Virus record (IMG/VR): IMGVR_UViG_3300048861_000118
Coordinates: 1-35,588 of that record
Reading direction: 5' to 3' (one strand)
DNA length: 35,588 nucleotides
DNA from: a virus
Lineage: Duplodnaviria > Caudoviricetes
The position numbers were made by a program, and so were the translations under genes. Shown one piece after another: positions 19,046 to 26,977 of this stretch. The notes below the pieces were generated by a model. That model saw nothing but the letters and a program-made list of their open reading frames with translations. It had not been told where the DNA came from and ran no database searches. Position 1 is the first letter of the stretch; each line of letters starts with the position of its first letter.

Positions 19046-19280
19046 ACCGCCGCACGCGCCGGCCGCCGTGGTTGTGCGCGATACGCCGCCCTCCGATCTG
19101 CTCGCCTGCCCTGCCCTGCCCGCCGGCTTTCCGGAGGATGAGCAGGCGACGATGACGCCGGCGGTACGCACCGCGGCGATCCGCGTCATGACCGCGTTCG
19201 GCGCCGTCGTCGGCCAGCTCGGGCGCCTGGTCGAATGGAACAGCCCCGGCGCGTGCCCGCTGGCGGACGCGACGCGATGA
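18957..19280 (+). CDS. Putative o-spanin lipoprotein (Rz1-like)
   Basis: Signal peptide with lipobox LLGC, Pro-rich, overlaps i-spanin 3' end in another frame. Confidence 0.72.
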   Translation: MRTSVRIIGLVGIGLALSTALLGCAHPAAEPPHAPAAVVVRDTPPSDLLACPALPAGFPEDEQATMTPAVRTAAIRVMTAFGAVVGQLGRLVEWNSPGACPLADATR

Positions 19281-19765
19281 AGAAGGTCGAGGCCCTGCGC
19301 GATCTGCTTGTCGGTGCCGTGCCGGGCCTCCGCGCGAACCCCGAGAATCTGTCGCTCTTTGTGGCCAAGGGGAAGATCGGCATGATCCGCTCGACGACGT
19401 TGTCGTTCGAGTATCGCTTCACCGCAACGATCGTCGTCCAGGACTATGCCGGCGACCTCGACCTGATCTTCCTGCCCCTGCTCGCGTGGGTGGCGGAGAA
19501 CCAACCGGAGCTGCTCCGGCGGCAGGATGCCGAGCCCTTCACCTTTGAGGTGGATCTGCTCGATCAGGAGACGCGCGACGTCGAGATCTCGATCGAGCTG
19601 ATTGAGCGCGTGAAGGTCGAGCAGCAGGGGGAAGATTGGGCGGTGACGCACTTATCCGACGAGCCGCTCCGCGATACGCTGGACGGCGTGCCGGAAGGCG
19701 TGCGGATCAGCACGCTCATCCTGCAGGACATGAAGAGCGGCGAGCGCCTGGTGCTTCCCGAGTGA
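19277..19765 (+). CDS. Tail completion protein R (P2 gpR)
   Basis: NPENLSLFV, SFEYRF, PLLAWVAENQPELL, ISIELIERV motifs. Confidence 0.9.
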   Translation: MKKVEALRDLLVGAVPGLRANPENLSLFVAKGKIGMIRSTTLSFEYRFTATIVVQDYAGDLDLIFLPLLAWVAENQPELLRRQDAEPFTFEVDLLDQETRDVEISIELIERVKVEQQGEDWAVTHLSDEPLRDTLDGVPEGVRISTLILQDMKSGERLVLPE

Positions 19766-20427
19766 GCGAGGATCTGTCCGCGATCGAGAAGCTGGCGACG
19801 GTGATGCTGGCCAGCCTCGCGCCGGCCGAGCGCCGGCGGGCGCTGGTCAAGGTCGCGCGGCACGTCCAGGCGAGCCAGCGGGCGCGGATCGGTCGCCAGC
19901 AGGATCCGGACGGCCGCGCCTATGTGAAGCGGCGCAAGAAGGCGCCGCCGGCGCCGGGCGCCTATCCGCTGCGGTTCCTATACCCGAAGGGCGCGGCCGA
20001 GCCCCGCCTTGTCTTCATGAAGAGCTGGGTCCGCCAGCATGATCTCGTCACCGGCTATGACATCGAGGTCGGTGCGATCCGCAGTTTCCATTGGGCGCAG
20101 ATCGCGAAGTTCCTCCCCGTCCCTGCCGGCGAGGGCGGTGCCGGCGGGAAGCTCCGCCGCAAGGGCCGGATCCGCGAGCGCGCCATGTTCCGCAAGCTCA
20201 GCTCGTCCCGCTTCCTGAAGGCCGGCGCGACGGAGAGCGAAGCTTGGATCGGGTTCGACGGTCGCATCGCGGCGATCGCGGAGATCCACCAGGACGGGCT
20301 CGAAGACAAGCCCGCGCCCCGCGCGAAAGCGGTGCGCTATTCGCGGCGCGCGCTGCTAGGGCTCACCCCTGCCGAGGAGGCGGCCGCACTCAACGTCCTG
20401 CTCAACCACGTCACTGAGCGGCTCTAA
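19762..20427 (+). CDS. Virion morphogenesis / tail completion protein S (P2 gpS)
   Basis: RIGRQQDPDGRAY..RK, MFRKL, IAEIHQDG, RRALLGL motifs; internal insertion. Confidence 0.88.
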   Translation: MSEDLSAIEKLATVMLASLAPAERRRALVKVARHVQASQRARIGRQQDPDGRAYVKRRKKAPPAPGAYPLRFLYPKGAAEPRLVFMKSWVRQHDLVTGYDIEVGAIRSFHWAQIAKFLPVPAGEGGAGGKLRRKGRIRERAMFRKLSSSRFLKAGATESEAWIGFDGRIAAIAEIHQDGLEDKPAPRAKAVRYSRRALLGLTPAEEAAALNVLLNHVTERL

Positions 20428-20483
20428 GCCTCACCGATCGCGGACGCCTACCGCGCGTGCTTGTCGCTCGGCGACCAACCCTC

Positions 20484-20510
20484 TTGACGAAATGCGCCAT
20501 ATATGGCACA
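20484..20510 (+). promoter_or_regulatory. Putative TA promoter/operator
   Basis: TTGACG followed by near-perfect palindrome TGCGCCATATATGGCACA. Confidence 0.5.
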
Positions 20511-20634
20511 TCGACACATGCCGGGCGTAGGCCCGGCATTTTCCCATTAGTGGGACCTAGGACGGAGCCAAGGTGGCTCAATTGTGGAGGACATCGGATG
20601 GAAAACAAAATTGGAATTAAGGGGCGTTTAAGAC

Positions 20635-20970
20635 ATGAAACAGGTCGTATTTTATAAGACCAAGGCCGGTAACGAGGTCGTTCTTAACTTTATCCGAGGC
20701 CTTCCGGCTAACGATAAAAAAACAATCGGGGAGGACTTGGCAACTTTACAACATGGGTATCCGTTAGGGATGCCTATGTGTCGGCATCTGGTAGGTGATC
20801 TCTGGGAGCTTCGCAGTTCCATGCCTTCCAAGCGGGAGGCGAGACTCATCTACTTCTACCATAGTGCGTCGAGTAACATTGTCGTGGTTCATGGCTTCAT
20901 CAAGAAGACCCAGAAGACGCCCGCGAACGATATTGATCTGGCGCAAAAACGTAGAGCCGAATTTTCGTAG
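20635..20970 (+). CDS. Type II toxin, RelE/HigB (Gp49-like) family
   Basis: FYKTKAGNEVV..FI, GMPMCRHL.GDLWELRS, VVVHGFIKKTQKTP motifs; low GC. Confidence 0.9.
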   Translation: MKQVVFYKTKAGNEVVLNFIRGLPANDKKTIGEDLATLQHGYPLGMPMCRHLVGDLWELRSSMPSKREARLIYFYHSASSNIVVVHGFIKKTQKTPANDIDLAQKRRAEFS

Positions 20971-20983
20971 GAGAAACGACGAC

Positions 20984-21283
20984 ATGGTGGAGATTGGGGA
21001 TTTTCGTGATCCCAGCGAATTCACCTCCCTCGACAGTTTTCTGGACGAGGAAGGCATTCGCGAAGACGTCACCGCCGTGGCCATTAAGAGAGTGATCGCG
21101 CTCTCGCTTCGTGAGGCGATGAAGAAACATCGCCTCACGAAAGCGGCCATGGCAGTAAAAATGCACACGAGCCGTAGGCAGCTCGACCGGGTACTGGATC
21201 CCGAAGAACACAACATCACATTGGAAACGCTCGCCCGCGCTGCTAACAGCGTCGGGATGAAACTGAAGGTGGAGCTGGCCTAA
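20984..21283 (+). CDS. HTH antitoxin (HigA-like)
   Basis: SLDSFLDEEGI...AIKRVIA...MHTSRRQLDRVLDP...ITLETLARAA; downstream of toxin. Confidence 0.88.
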   Translation: MVEIGDFRDPSEFTSLDSFLDEEGIREDVTAVAIKRVIALSLREAMKKHRLTKAAMAVKMHTSRRQLDRVLDPEEHNITLETLARAANSVGMKLKVELA

Positions 21284-21304
21284 GCCGCTCCGCCTCTTCT
21301 TCTA

Positions 21305-21775
21305 TTAGTGTGCCTGTGTCCGCGCCCAAGCTACGGCGTCGTCGATGCTCGCGAACCCTTGATCGGTGATCGGGGATTTGCCTTCGCAAACGAGCGCCGC
21401 GATGTCCGCGCCGAGGGTTCCGGGAATGATCGGGGCGACGGCGACTTTGGGATCGGCACGGCTCAGCACCGTGCCGGCATGATCGTAGAAAGCCACATAG
21501 GTGTAGTGCGAGGTGTGGGCCGCGCAGTCGTCGGTGAACTGTCGCATCGCGTAGTAGATGTGCTGGGGAAGCGCTGCTTCCTTGGCTGTATTCGCCCAAA
21601 GCGCCCAATAGGTACGAGTGGTGCCGATCGCTTGAATGCTCGCGAGATCAACGAAACCCCATGTTGCGCCGTCAGCGTTTGTTCCGATCGGAACGAGTTT
21701 CATATTGGCGGCGCGGGCGGCGCTCGCACTAAGCAATACCGCTGTCGCCACCAGCACCGCCTTGCACATTCCCAT
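21305..21775 (-). CDS. Secreted protein, surface-adhesin E-like family
   Basis: Signal peptide; FVDLASI...YW...DC...FYD..G...IIPGT...LVC pattern. Confidence 0.6.
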   Translation of the reverse strand: MGMCKAVLVATAVLLSASAARAANMKLVPIGTNADGATWGFVDLASIQAIGTTRTYWALWANTAKEAALPQHIYYAMRQFTDDCAAHTSHYTYVAFYDHAGTVLSRADPKVAVAPIIPGTLGADIAALVCEGKSPITDQGFASIDDAVAWARTQAH

Positions 21776-21935
21776 CCTATGTCCTCACCGCCGCTATCAT
21801 GCGCGATAGTGCCTGCCACCGTGACCGATCGCAATCCGGACGGCGGTCGTGCAGCCTTCCATTTGGCCGAGAACCGCACAGCGAATTTGATCCGGTTTTG
21901 ATCGCGAGGGGCTAACTGGCAATTGCCACCCCGCT

Positions 21936-21965
21936 TACATGTGATAAAGGACATTATCACATGTA
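21936..21965. other. Putative tyrosine-recombinase core site (res/att)
   Basis: Perfect inverted repeat TACATGTGATAA-AGGACA-TTATCACATGTA (12-6-12). Confidence 0.75.
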
Positions 21966-22186
21966 TGGAGGCGAGAGTGGGCTTGGAGACGGTGCGCGCA
22001 AGAGACGGGGTGATCCTCGTGCCGCTGCGCGAAGGCGAAATGGAGCAGCTGCTGCGTGAAGGCTGTGTCGTGAACGCGCGGTTCGGTATAGGCGGCGCCG
22101 CCTTGATCGCGAACCAGTGCAAGTCTGCCCTGCCGTTACTCGCGCAATGGCGCGGCTTCGCATTCGACGGGGGCGCAGGGATATGA
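21965..22186 (+). CDS. Hypothetical protein (start uncertain)
   Basis: ORF directly after palindrome, GGAGG nearby, ATGA coupling to next gene. Confidence 0.5.
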   Translation: MEARVGLETVRARDGVILVPLREGEMEQLLREGCVVNARFGIGGAALIANQCKSALPLLAQWRGFAFDGGAGI

Positions 22187-22620
22187 GCTGCACGACAACC
22201 GATGCAATCACCAACTCCGCGCAAGCGATGGTCGCCTTCGTCCGCGAGTTCGCTAAGAGAGACCCGATCTATGCCAAAGGCCACGAGAAGATCCGCATCG
22301 CCGATGCGCGTCGCCTGATTGCTGATCACGACGAGCTGGCCGCACTGCCCGCCAGCGCGATCCCCTCGCCCCTCACCGCGACCATGGTGCGCGGTCTGCC
22401 CGGCGGCGGGATGGACGACAGCACCTTCGCGGCGGTCGAAACCGCGCTCGATGCCGCTTGGGCTCCCTCCACCAGCGAGGAGCGCTGGCTCACCCTGCCC
22501 GAACGGGTCGCCGCCCTTGGAGCGGGCCGCTCCAAGATGCTCGCCATGCTGCGCGAATGCGCGGAAGGCCATGCCCTCCACAATGACCTACTCGACCTCA
22601 TCGCGCAGATGGAGGCCTGA
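22183..22620 (+). CDS. Hypothetical protein
   Basis: Coupled ORF in small-gene operon. Confidence 0.6.
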   Translation: MSCTTTDAITNSAQAMVAFVREFAKRDPIYAKGHEKIRIADARRLIADHDELAALPASAIPSPLTATMVRGLPGGGMDDSTFAAVETALDAAWAPSTSEERWLTLPERVAALGAGRSKMLAMLRECAEGHALHNDLLDLIAQMEA

Positions 22621-22622
22621 TC

Positions 22623-22925
22623 ATGGCCATGGGAGACACTTGGCGCGCCGCCGCCAGCAAGGCCGGCATGAGCCTGGCGGATTATCTCACCTTCCAGATC
22701 GAGCAGGGACAGCGTGAGGAAGTCGCCGCCGCGATCGATGACGTTCCGATTGCGGAGCAGGCGAAGCCCTTGGCGGCGCTGGGGCTTGCTTGGCCCGCTT
22801 GGCGGGAGCGCGGGATTGATGCTTCGTCGACGGTTGAAATCCGCCGCTTCATGCGGACGGCTGCGCGGCTGATCGAGTGGCAACGGGTTGAAATCGAGAT
22901 AGCCAAGGCGAGGCGCGACGCATGA
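22623..22925 (+). CDS. Hypothetical protein
   Basis: GGAGG RBS, 100 aa. Confidence 0.6.
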   Translation: MAMGDTWRAAASKAGMSLADYLTFQIEQGQREEVAAAIDDVPIAEQAKPLAALGLAWPAWRERGIDASSTVEIRRFMRTAARLIEWQRVEIEIAKARRDA

Positions 22926-23224
22926 ATCTGGACGATCTCAATACCGAAGCTGCCCGCGTCGTGATCGAGCGCATCGCTAAGATCGCCGAGGTGTTCGCCG
23001 GCCCGGCCGGCGTGGGCGGAATGGAAACCGCCGGCTCGATCATCTCCTATCTGGCCGAGCATCCGCGCGACATCGAGCCGTGCCTGCGCTTTGGCGTGTT
23101 TGAGCTACCGATGGATTGGCACATGCACGGCCGTCTTTCCTGGCACTCGCAGAAGGGCGGCAAGGTCGTGTGGCCGGCCGAGGCCCTGCGCGCTCGCAAC
23201 CCCACGGCAGCGGAGGCGGCATGA
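22922..23224 (+). CDS. Hypothetical protein
   Basis: ATGA coupling, 100 aa. Confidence 0.65.
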   Translation: MNLDDLNTEAARVVIERIAKIAEVFAGPAGVGGMETAGSIISYLAEHPRDIEPCLRFGVFELPMDWHMHGRLSWHSQKGGKVVWPAEALRARNPTAAEAA

Positions 23225-23454
23225 GCCGGGCTATCATGAAGGGAGCCGGAGCGGGCTCTGTAGCCGCCCTGATGGTGGGCGCGTGGGAATGGTGCAAGGG
23301 AACCCCATGGGGCGCCGTCCAGGCGGATATGGCCCGTTGCGCGCTCTACCTCATCCCGTGGATGATCCTATGCAACCTTGCGCTCGACCGGCTCGGCCGG
23401 CGCAGTGGAGGCTACAGCGGCGCGCCCCCGAAAGAATGGAAAGGCGTGGATTGA
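23221..23454 (+). CDS. Small putative membrane protein
   Basis: GGAGG RBS, two hydrophobic stretches, coupled. Confidence 0.55.
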   Translation: MSRAIMKGAGAGSVAALMVGAWEWCKGTPWGAVQADMARCALYLIPWMILCNLALDRLGRRSGGYSGAPPKEWKGVD

Positions 23455-23693
23455 TGGCCTGCGAGCATGTCGCCTTGCCGAATGGAGGCTGCGCCATCGT
23501 CTGCACCGCCGGCGGCCCTCGCTGCGCGTGCGGACGATCGGCACCGCTCCTCTGCGACTGGAAGGTGCCCGGCGGCACCTGTGACAAACGGATATGCACC
23601 AGTTGCAGCACGTCGCCGGCGCCGGGCAAGGATCTGTGCAGGACGCACGCCAAGGCTTTCAACGAATGGCAGGCGGAGAGAATGAAGCGATGA
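23454..23693 (+). CDS. Cys-rich putative zinc-binding protein
   Basis: CACG...LLCDW...TCDKRICTSC...DLCRTH; 79 aa; TGATG coupling. Confidence 0.7.
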   Translation: MACEHVALPNGGCAIVCTAGGPRCACGRSAPLLCDWKVPGGTCDKRICTSCSTSPAPGKDLCRTHAKAFNEWQAERMKR

Positions 23694-23902
23694 CGGCCGC
23701 CGTCCATTTCGTCGCCTTCCGCGGTGACGAATATCACCGGGCGCGGCGCCTCTTTGGCGAGCCGGATTTCATCCATCCCCGTTGGGATCGCCGCGCCCAA
23801 CGCGATATTGCGCCGGGCGATGTCGTTGTGTTCGCCAAGGGCGATGACCGGCAAGAGCCTAGCCCCTATAACGCGGCCGACATCATAGAGGATCTAGAAT
23901 GA
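23690..23902 (+). CDS. Hypothetical phage protein
   Basis: VHFVAFRGDEY..A.RLFGEPDFIHPRWDRRA; coupled. Confidence 0.7.
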   Translation: MTAAVHFVAFRGDEYHRARRLFGEPDFIHPRWDRRAQRDIAPGDVVVFAKGDDRQEPSPYNAADIIEDLE

Positions 23903-24054
23903 CCGTCGCCGAGCTGCGCGAGAAACTGGCGGAGTTCCCGCCCGATATGCAGTGCGTCGTCTTTCTGGCGGCGACGGAGCGGCTGGTCCCGGTCGCAGGC
24001 ATCTTCCGCCATGAGCAGGACGCCACGACCGTCGTGGTCATCGAGGGGGAATAG
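23899..24054 (+). CDS. Hypothetical protein (51 aa)
   Basis: MTVAELREKLAEFPPDMQCVV; GAGG RBS; coupled. Confidence 0.6.
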   Translation: MTVAELREKLAEFPPDMQCVVFLAATERLVPVAGIFRHEQDATTVVVIEGE

Positions 24055-24057
24055 ACC

Positions 24058-25017
24058 ATGACCCTCCCCGTCGTCGCGTCCTCTACCCTCGCCCTCCCCG
24101 CCCTGGTCGACGCTGCCGGCGATCGCGCCCGCACCCGCTTCCTCGAATTCTTCGCGGTATCCATCCGCAACCCCAACACGCGCCGCGCCTACGGCCATGC
24201 AGCGGCCGACTTCCTCGGGTGGTGCGCAGCGCAAGGCGTCAGCCAGCTCGGTGCGATCGGGCCGATCCACGTCGCCGCGTGGATCGAGCTGATGGGCCGC
24301 GAGCTGGCGGCGCCGACCGTCAAGCAGCGCCTCGCCGGAATCCGAAGCCTGTTCGATTGGCTTGTCGTCGGGCAGATCGTCCCCCACAACCCAGCCGCCT
24401 CGGTGCGCGGCCCCAGCTACAGCACGAAGCGCGGCAAGACGCCGGCGCTGATCGCGGACGAGATGGCCGAGCTGATCCGCCACATCGACGTGTCGACGCC
24501 GATTGGTCTCCGCGATCGCGCCCTGATCGGCCTCATGGTCTACACCTTCGCCCGCGTCGGCGCCGCGACCGCGATGGCCGTCGAGGACGCCTATGTGCAG
24601 GGCCGCCGGCTGTGGGTCCGCCTCCATGAGAAGGGCGGCAAGCTCCACGAGATGCCGTGCCATCACCGGCTGGAAGAGTGGCTGGTCGCCTACATGGAGG
24701 GAGGCGATCTGCTCGACAGCCCCCGCGTGCCCCTCTTCCAGACAATCGCGCGCGGCACCGGCAAGCTCAGCGGCCGGGCGATGCCGCAGCAGTCGGTCTA
24801 TGACATGATCCAGCGCCGCGCGCAGGCCGCTGGGATCCGCACGCGGCTAGGCGCACACAGCTTCCGCGCCACGGGCATCACCATCTTCCGCGCTGCCGGC
24901 GGGACGCTCGACCAGGCGCAGCACATGGCGAACCACGCATCCCCGCGCACCACCCAGCTCTACGATCGCCGGCAAGACGAGATCACGCTGGACGAGGTGG
25001 AGCGGATCCGCTTCTAA
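24058..25017 (+). CDS. Tyrosine recombinase, plasmid resolvase type
   Basis: IRNPNTRRAY N-term; catalytic R (FARVG), K (EKGGK), HSFR, H (ANHAS), Y (TTQLYD) all intact. Confidence 0.93.
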   Translation: MTLPVVASSTLALPALVDAAGDRARTRFLEFFAVSIRNPNTRRAYGHAAADFLGWCAAQGVSQLGAIGPIHVAAWIELMGRELAAPTVKQRLAGIRSLFDWLVVGQIVPHNPAASVRGPSYSTKRGKTPALIADEMAELIRHIDVSTPIGLRDRALIGLMVYTFARVGAATAMAVEDAYVQGRRLWVRLHEKGGKLHEMPCHHRLEEWLVAYMEGGDLLDSPRVPLFQTIARGTGKLSGRAMPQQSVYDMIQRRAQAAGIRTRLGAHSFRATGITIFRAAGGTLDQAQHMANHASPRTTQLYDRRQDEITLDEVERIRF

Positions 25018-25028
25018 CTCTTGTCGAT

Positions 25029-25043
25029 GTTCCCATTCCGTTC
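25029..25043. promoter_or_regulatory. Alphaproteobacterial LexA (SOS) box
   Basis: GTTC-CCATTCC-GTTC = GTTC-N7-GTTC, 3 bp before ATG 25047. Confidence 0.8.
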
Positions 25044-25046
25044 CAC

Positions 25047-25355
25047 ATGAGCGGGATGGGCAGCAGGCGCCTCGATCGGCTCGCGGATCTCGTCCGCCAT
25101 GACATGCGCCTGCACGCGCAATGCCGGCGCTGTGACAACGACAGCGTGATCGACGCGGCCAAGCTTATGCGCTGGTTCCTCTGCCACAACTGGCCCGACG
25201 TGCTGGACGCGGTGCCGCGCCGCCTCCGGTGCAGTCAGTGCCATGCGCGGGCGCCGCGCGTCCTCCCCTCCCCTTCCCGCGCCAGCGGTCCCAGCGAACG
25301 GTTCTGGCCGGACGACGACGGATGGAAGCGGTTGGTGCGCCGGCTTCGCGGCTGA
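25047..25355 (+). CDS. Zinc-ribbon protein under putative LexA control
   Basis: CRRC...RLRCSQC pairs, 102 aa. Confidence 0.75.
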   Translation: MSGMGSRRLDRLADLVRHDMRLHAQCRRCDNDSVIDAAKLMRWFLCHNWPDVLDAVPRRLRCSQCHARAPRVLPSPSRASGPSERFWPDDDGWKRLVRRLRG

Positions 25356-25382
25356 CGTTCCACCGCTTTCCACATTGACGGA

Positions 25383-25430
25383 ACACGCGAACAGGCGCAC
25401 ATGTCCATGTGTTCACACGCCCACATGTAA
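25383..25430. repeat. Octamer array 1 (parS/operator) upstream of parA
   Basis: ACACGCGA ACAGGCGC ACATGTCC ATGTGTTC ACACGCCC ACATGTAA, 8-bp period. Confidence 0.7.
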
Positions 25431-25440
25431 GGGAGTAGAC

Positions 25441-26127
25441 ATGCGGACAATTGCCGTCATCAGCCAGAAGGGGGGCGCGGGCAAGACAACGCTCGCGATC
25501 CATCTGGCTACCGCCGCCGCGCAGGCCGGACACGCCAGCCTGATCCTCGACACCGATCCGCAGGCGACAGCGTCGCAATGGGGGCAATGGCGGGAAGGCG
25601 CAGAGCCAGAGGTGGTAGACTGCGCCTCCCCTCCCCTCCTCGCCCGCAAGCTCGACCAGGCGAAGGAGCTGGGTGCCGACCTAGTCGTGATCGACACCCC
25701 TCCCCACGCCGATGCCATGGCTCGGCAGGCATGTAAGCTTGCGGATCTGATCCTTGTCCCCTGTCGCCCGCAGGCGTTCGATCTCGCGGCCGTGGAGACC
25801 ACGGCCGAACTGGTCCGCGCTTCAGGCAAGCCTGCCTATCTCGTCTTCGTAGGTGGGCCGCAGCGCGCCCCCCTCGCCTATAAGGATGCGCGCGAGCTGA
25901 TCGAGGGCGGCGACGGACTCGACGGCATGGGGATCACGGTATCACCGGCCATGCTGACGCAGCGCGCCATCTATCACCACAGCACAGCGCAGGGCCGAAC
26001 GGCGGGCGAAGCGGAGCCGGACGGCAAGGCGGCCGAGGAAGTGGCGGAGCTGTGGGCGTGGACATGTTCACAGGTTGACATGCCGACACGTAAGAAGGTG
26101 AACAGGAAAAAGGAGAAAGCACAGTGA
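25441..26127 (+). CDS. parA: Type Ib partition ATPase ParA
   Basis: IAVISQKGGAGKTT deviant Walker A, LDTDPQA, VVIDTPP; no N-terminal HTH. Confidence 0.95.
   Translation: MRTIAVISQKGGAGKTTLAIHLATAAAQAGHASLILDTDPQATASQWGQWREGAEPEVVDCASPPLLARKLDQAKELGADLVVIDTPPHADAMARQACKLADLILVPCRPQAFDLAAVETTAELVRASGKPAYLVFVGGPQRAPLAYKDARELIEGGDGLDGMGITVSPAMLTQRAIYHHSTAQGRTAGEAEPDGKAAEEVAELWAWTCSQVDMPTRKKVNRKKEKAQ
26062..26109. repeat. Octamer array 2 embedded in parA 3' end
   Basis: ACATGTTC ACAGGTTG ACATGCCG ACACGTAA GAAGGTGA ACAGGAAA. Confidence 0.6.
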
Positions 26128-26405
26128 GTAGCCGGTTCGGCGCCATGAAGGCGCAGCGCACGCGCACTACCACCCACGCAGTTACCCCCGAGGCTGCGTC
26201 GCCGATCGAGGCCCCGGCGAAGGCGGCAGGTCGGCCAGCGGCGCGGCAAGGCAAGAAGGCCGTCAGCGCCTATTTCTCGCCTGAGGTAAGCCGGGCGCTC
26301 AACATGCTGGCAGTCGAGCACGAGACAACGTTGCAGGCTCTCATGGGGGAGGCCATCGATCTGCTCATGCGCCAGTACGACAAGCATCCGTTCGGCGAGC
26401 GCTGA
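26124..26405 (+). CDS. Ribbon-helix-helix partition adaptor (ParG-like)
   Basis: Disordered N-term then GKKAVSAYFSPEVSRALNMLAVEHETTLQALMGEAIDLL; coupled to parA. Confidence 0.85.
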   Translation: MSSRFGAMKAQRTRTTTHAVTPEAASPIEAPAKAAGRPAARQGKKAVSAYFSPEVSRALNMLAVEHETTLQALMGEAIDLLMRQYDKHPFGER

Positions 26406-26407
26406 CA

Positions 26408-26447
26408 ACACGACGACATGTGAACATGCGGACACGTCCGCATGCAA
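26408..26447. repeat. Octamer array 3 (parS-like)
   Basis: ACACGACG ACATGTGA ACATGCGG ACACGTCC GCATGCAA. Confidence 0.7.
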
Positions 26448-26465
26448 GACGAGTAAGGGATTTGT

Positions 26466-26825
26466 ATGCTGTTGCTTGCTGCTGCGCTTATCATGGGCAC
26501 CGTCACGAACGTCCACGACGGGGATACCTTCCGCATCGGGGAGACGCGCGTCCGCCTCGCGGCGATCGACGCGAACGAGCTGAAGGGTAACTGCCACAAT
26601 GCCTGCGCGCCGATGTCCGCCGGCGCTGCCCGCGACAATCTTACGCGGCTGGCCCTCGGCCAGCGCGTCACCTGTGAGCAGACGGGGACGAGCTATAACC
26701 GCGTGGTCGCGTTCTGCCGCGTTGGCGCGGTCGACCTGTCATGCGCCCAGGTGAGGGCAGGGGCCGCGATCATCTGGGACCGCTACGATCCGGGCGGCGC
26801 GTTCCGCCGCCGCTGCCTCGGCTAA
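26466..26825 (+). CDS. Thermonuclease (SNase-like) family protein, short hydrophobic N-term
   Basis: VHDGDTF...VRLAAIDANE...SYNRVVAFC motifs. Confidence 0.88.
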   Translation: MLLLAAALIMGTVTNVHDGDTFRIGETRVRLAAIDANELKGNCHNACAPMSAGAARDNLTRLALGQRVTCEQTGTSYNRVVAFCRVGAVDLSCAQVRAGAAIIWDRYDPGGAFRRRCLG

Positions 26826-26856
26826 CATGCCGACATGTGGACATGTCCGCGCGTGA
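26825..26856. repeat. Octamer array 4 (parS-like)
   Basis: ACATGCCG ACATGTGG ACATGTCC GCGCGTGA. Confidence 0.65.
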
Positions 26857-26906
26857 ACGATCCGGTTGCGTGCTGATGATGGAGCGGGGGAGGGGGCTCG
26901 CCTAAA

Positions 26907-26976
26907 AGTGAGCTTTGGGGGGCCACCTCACCGCTAGCGCCACAGCCAAAGGTGAGTGTTGGGGGGCGGCCTCACC
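26907..26976. repeat. Control iterons downstream of rep, arranged as two dyads
   Basis: AGTGAG-N14-CTCACC (26907-26932) and GGTGAG-N14-CTCACC (26951-26976), each containing an inverted origin iteron. Confidence 0.7.
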
Positions 26977-26977
26977 T

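Noticed and set aside
24058-25017. Recombinase as prophage integrase or protelomerase
   Set aside because: No arm-binding N-terminal domain, no tRNA/att or host junction, plasmid-module context; too short for a protelomerase and no long telomere palindrome seen
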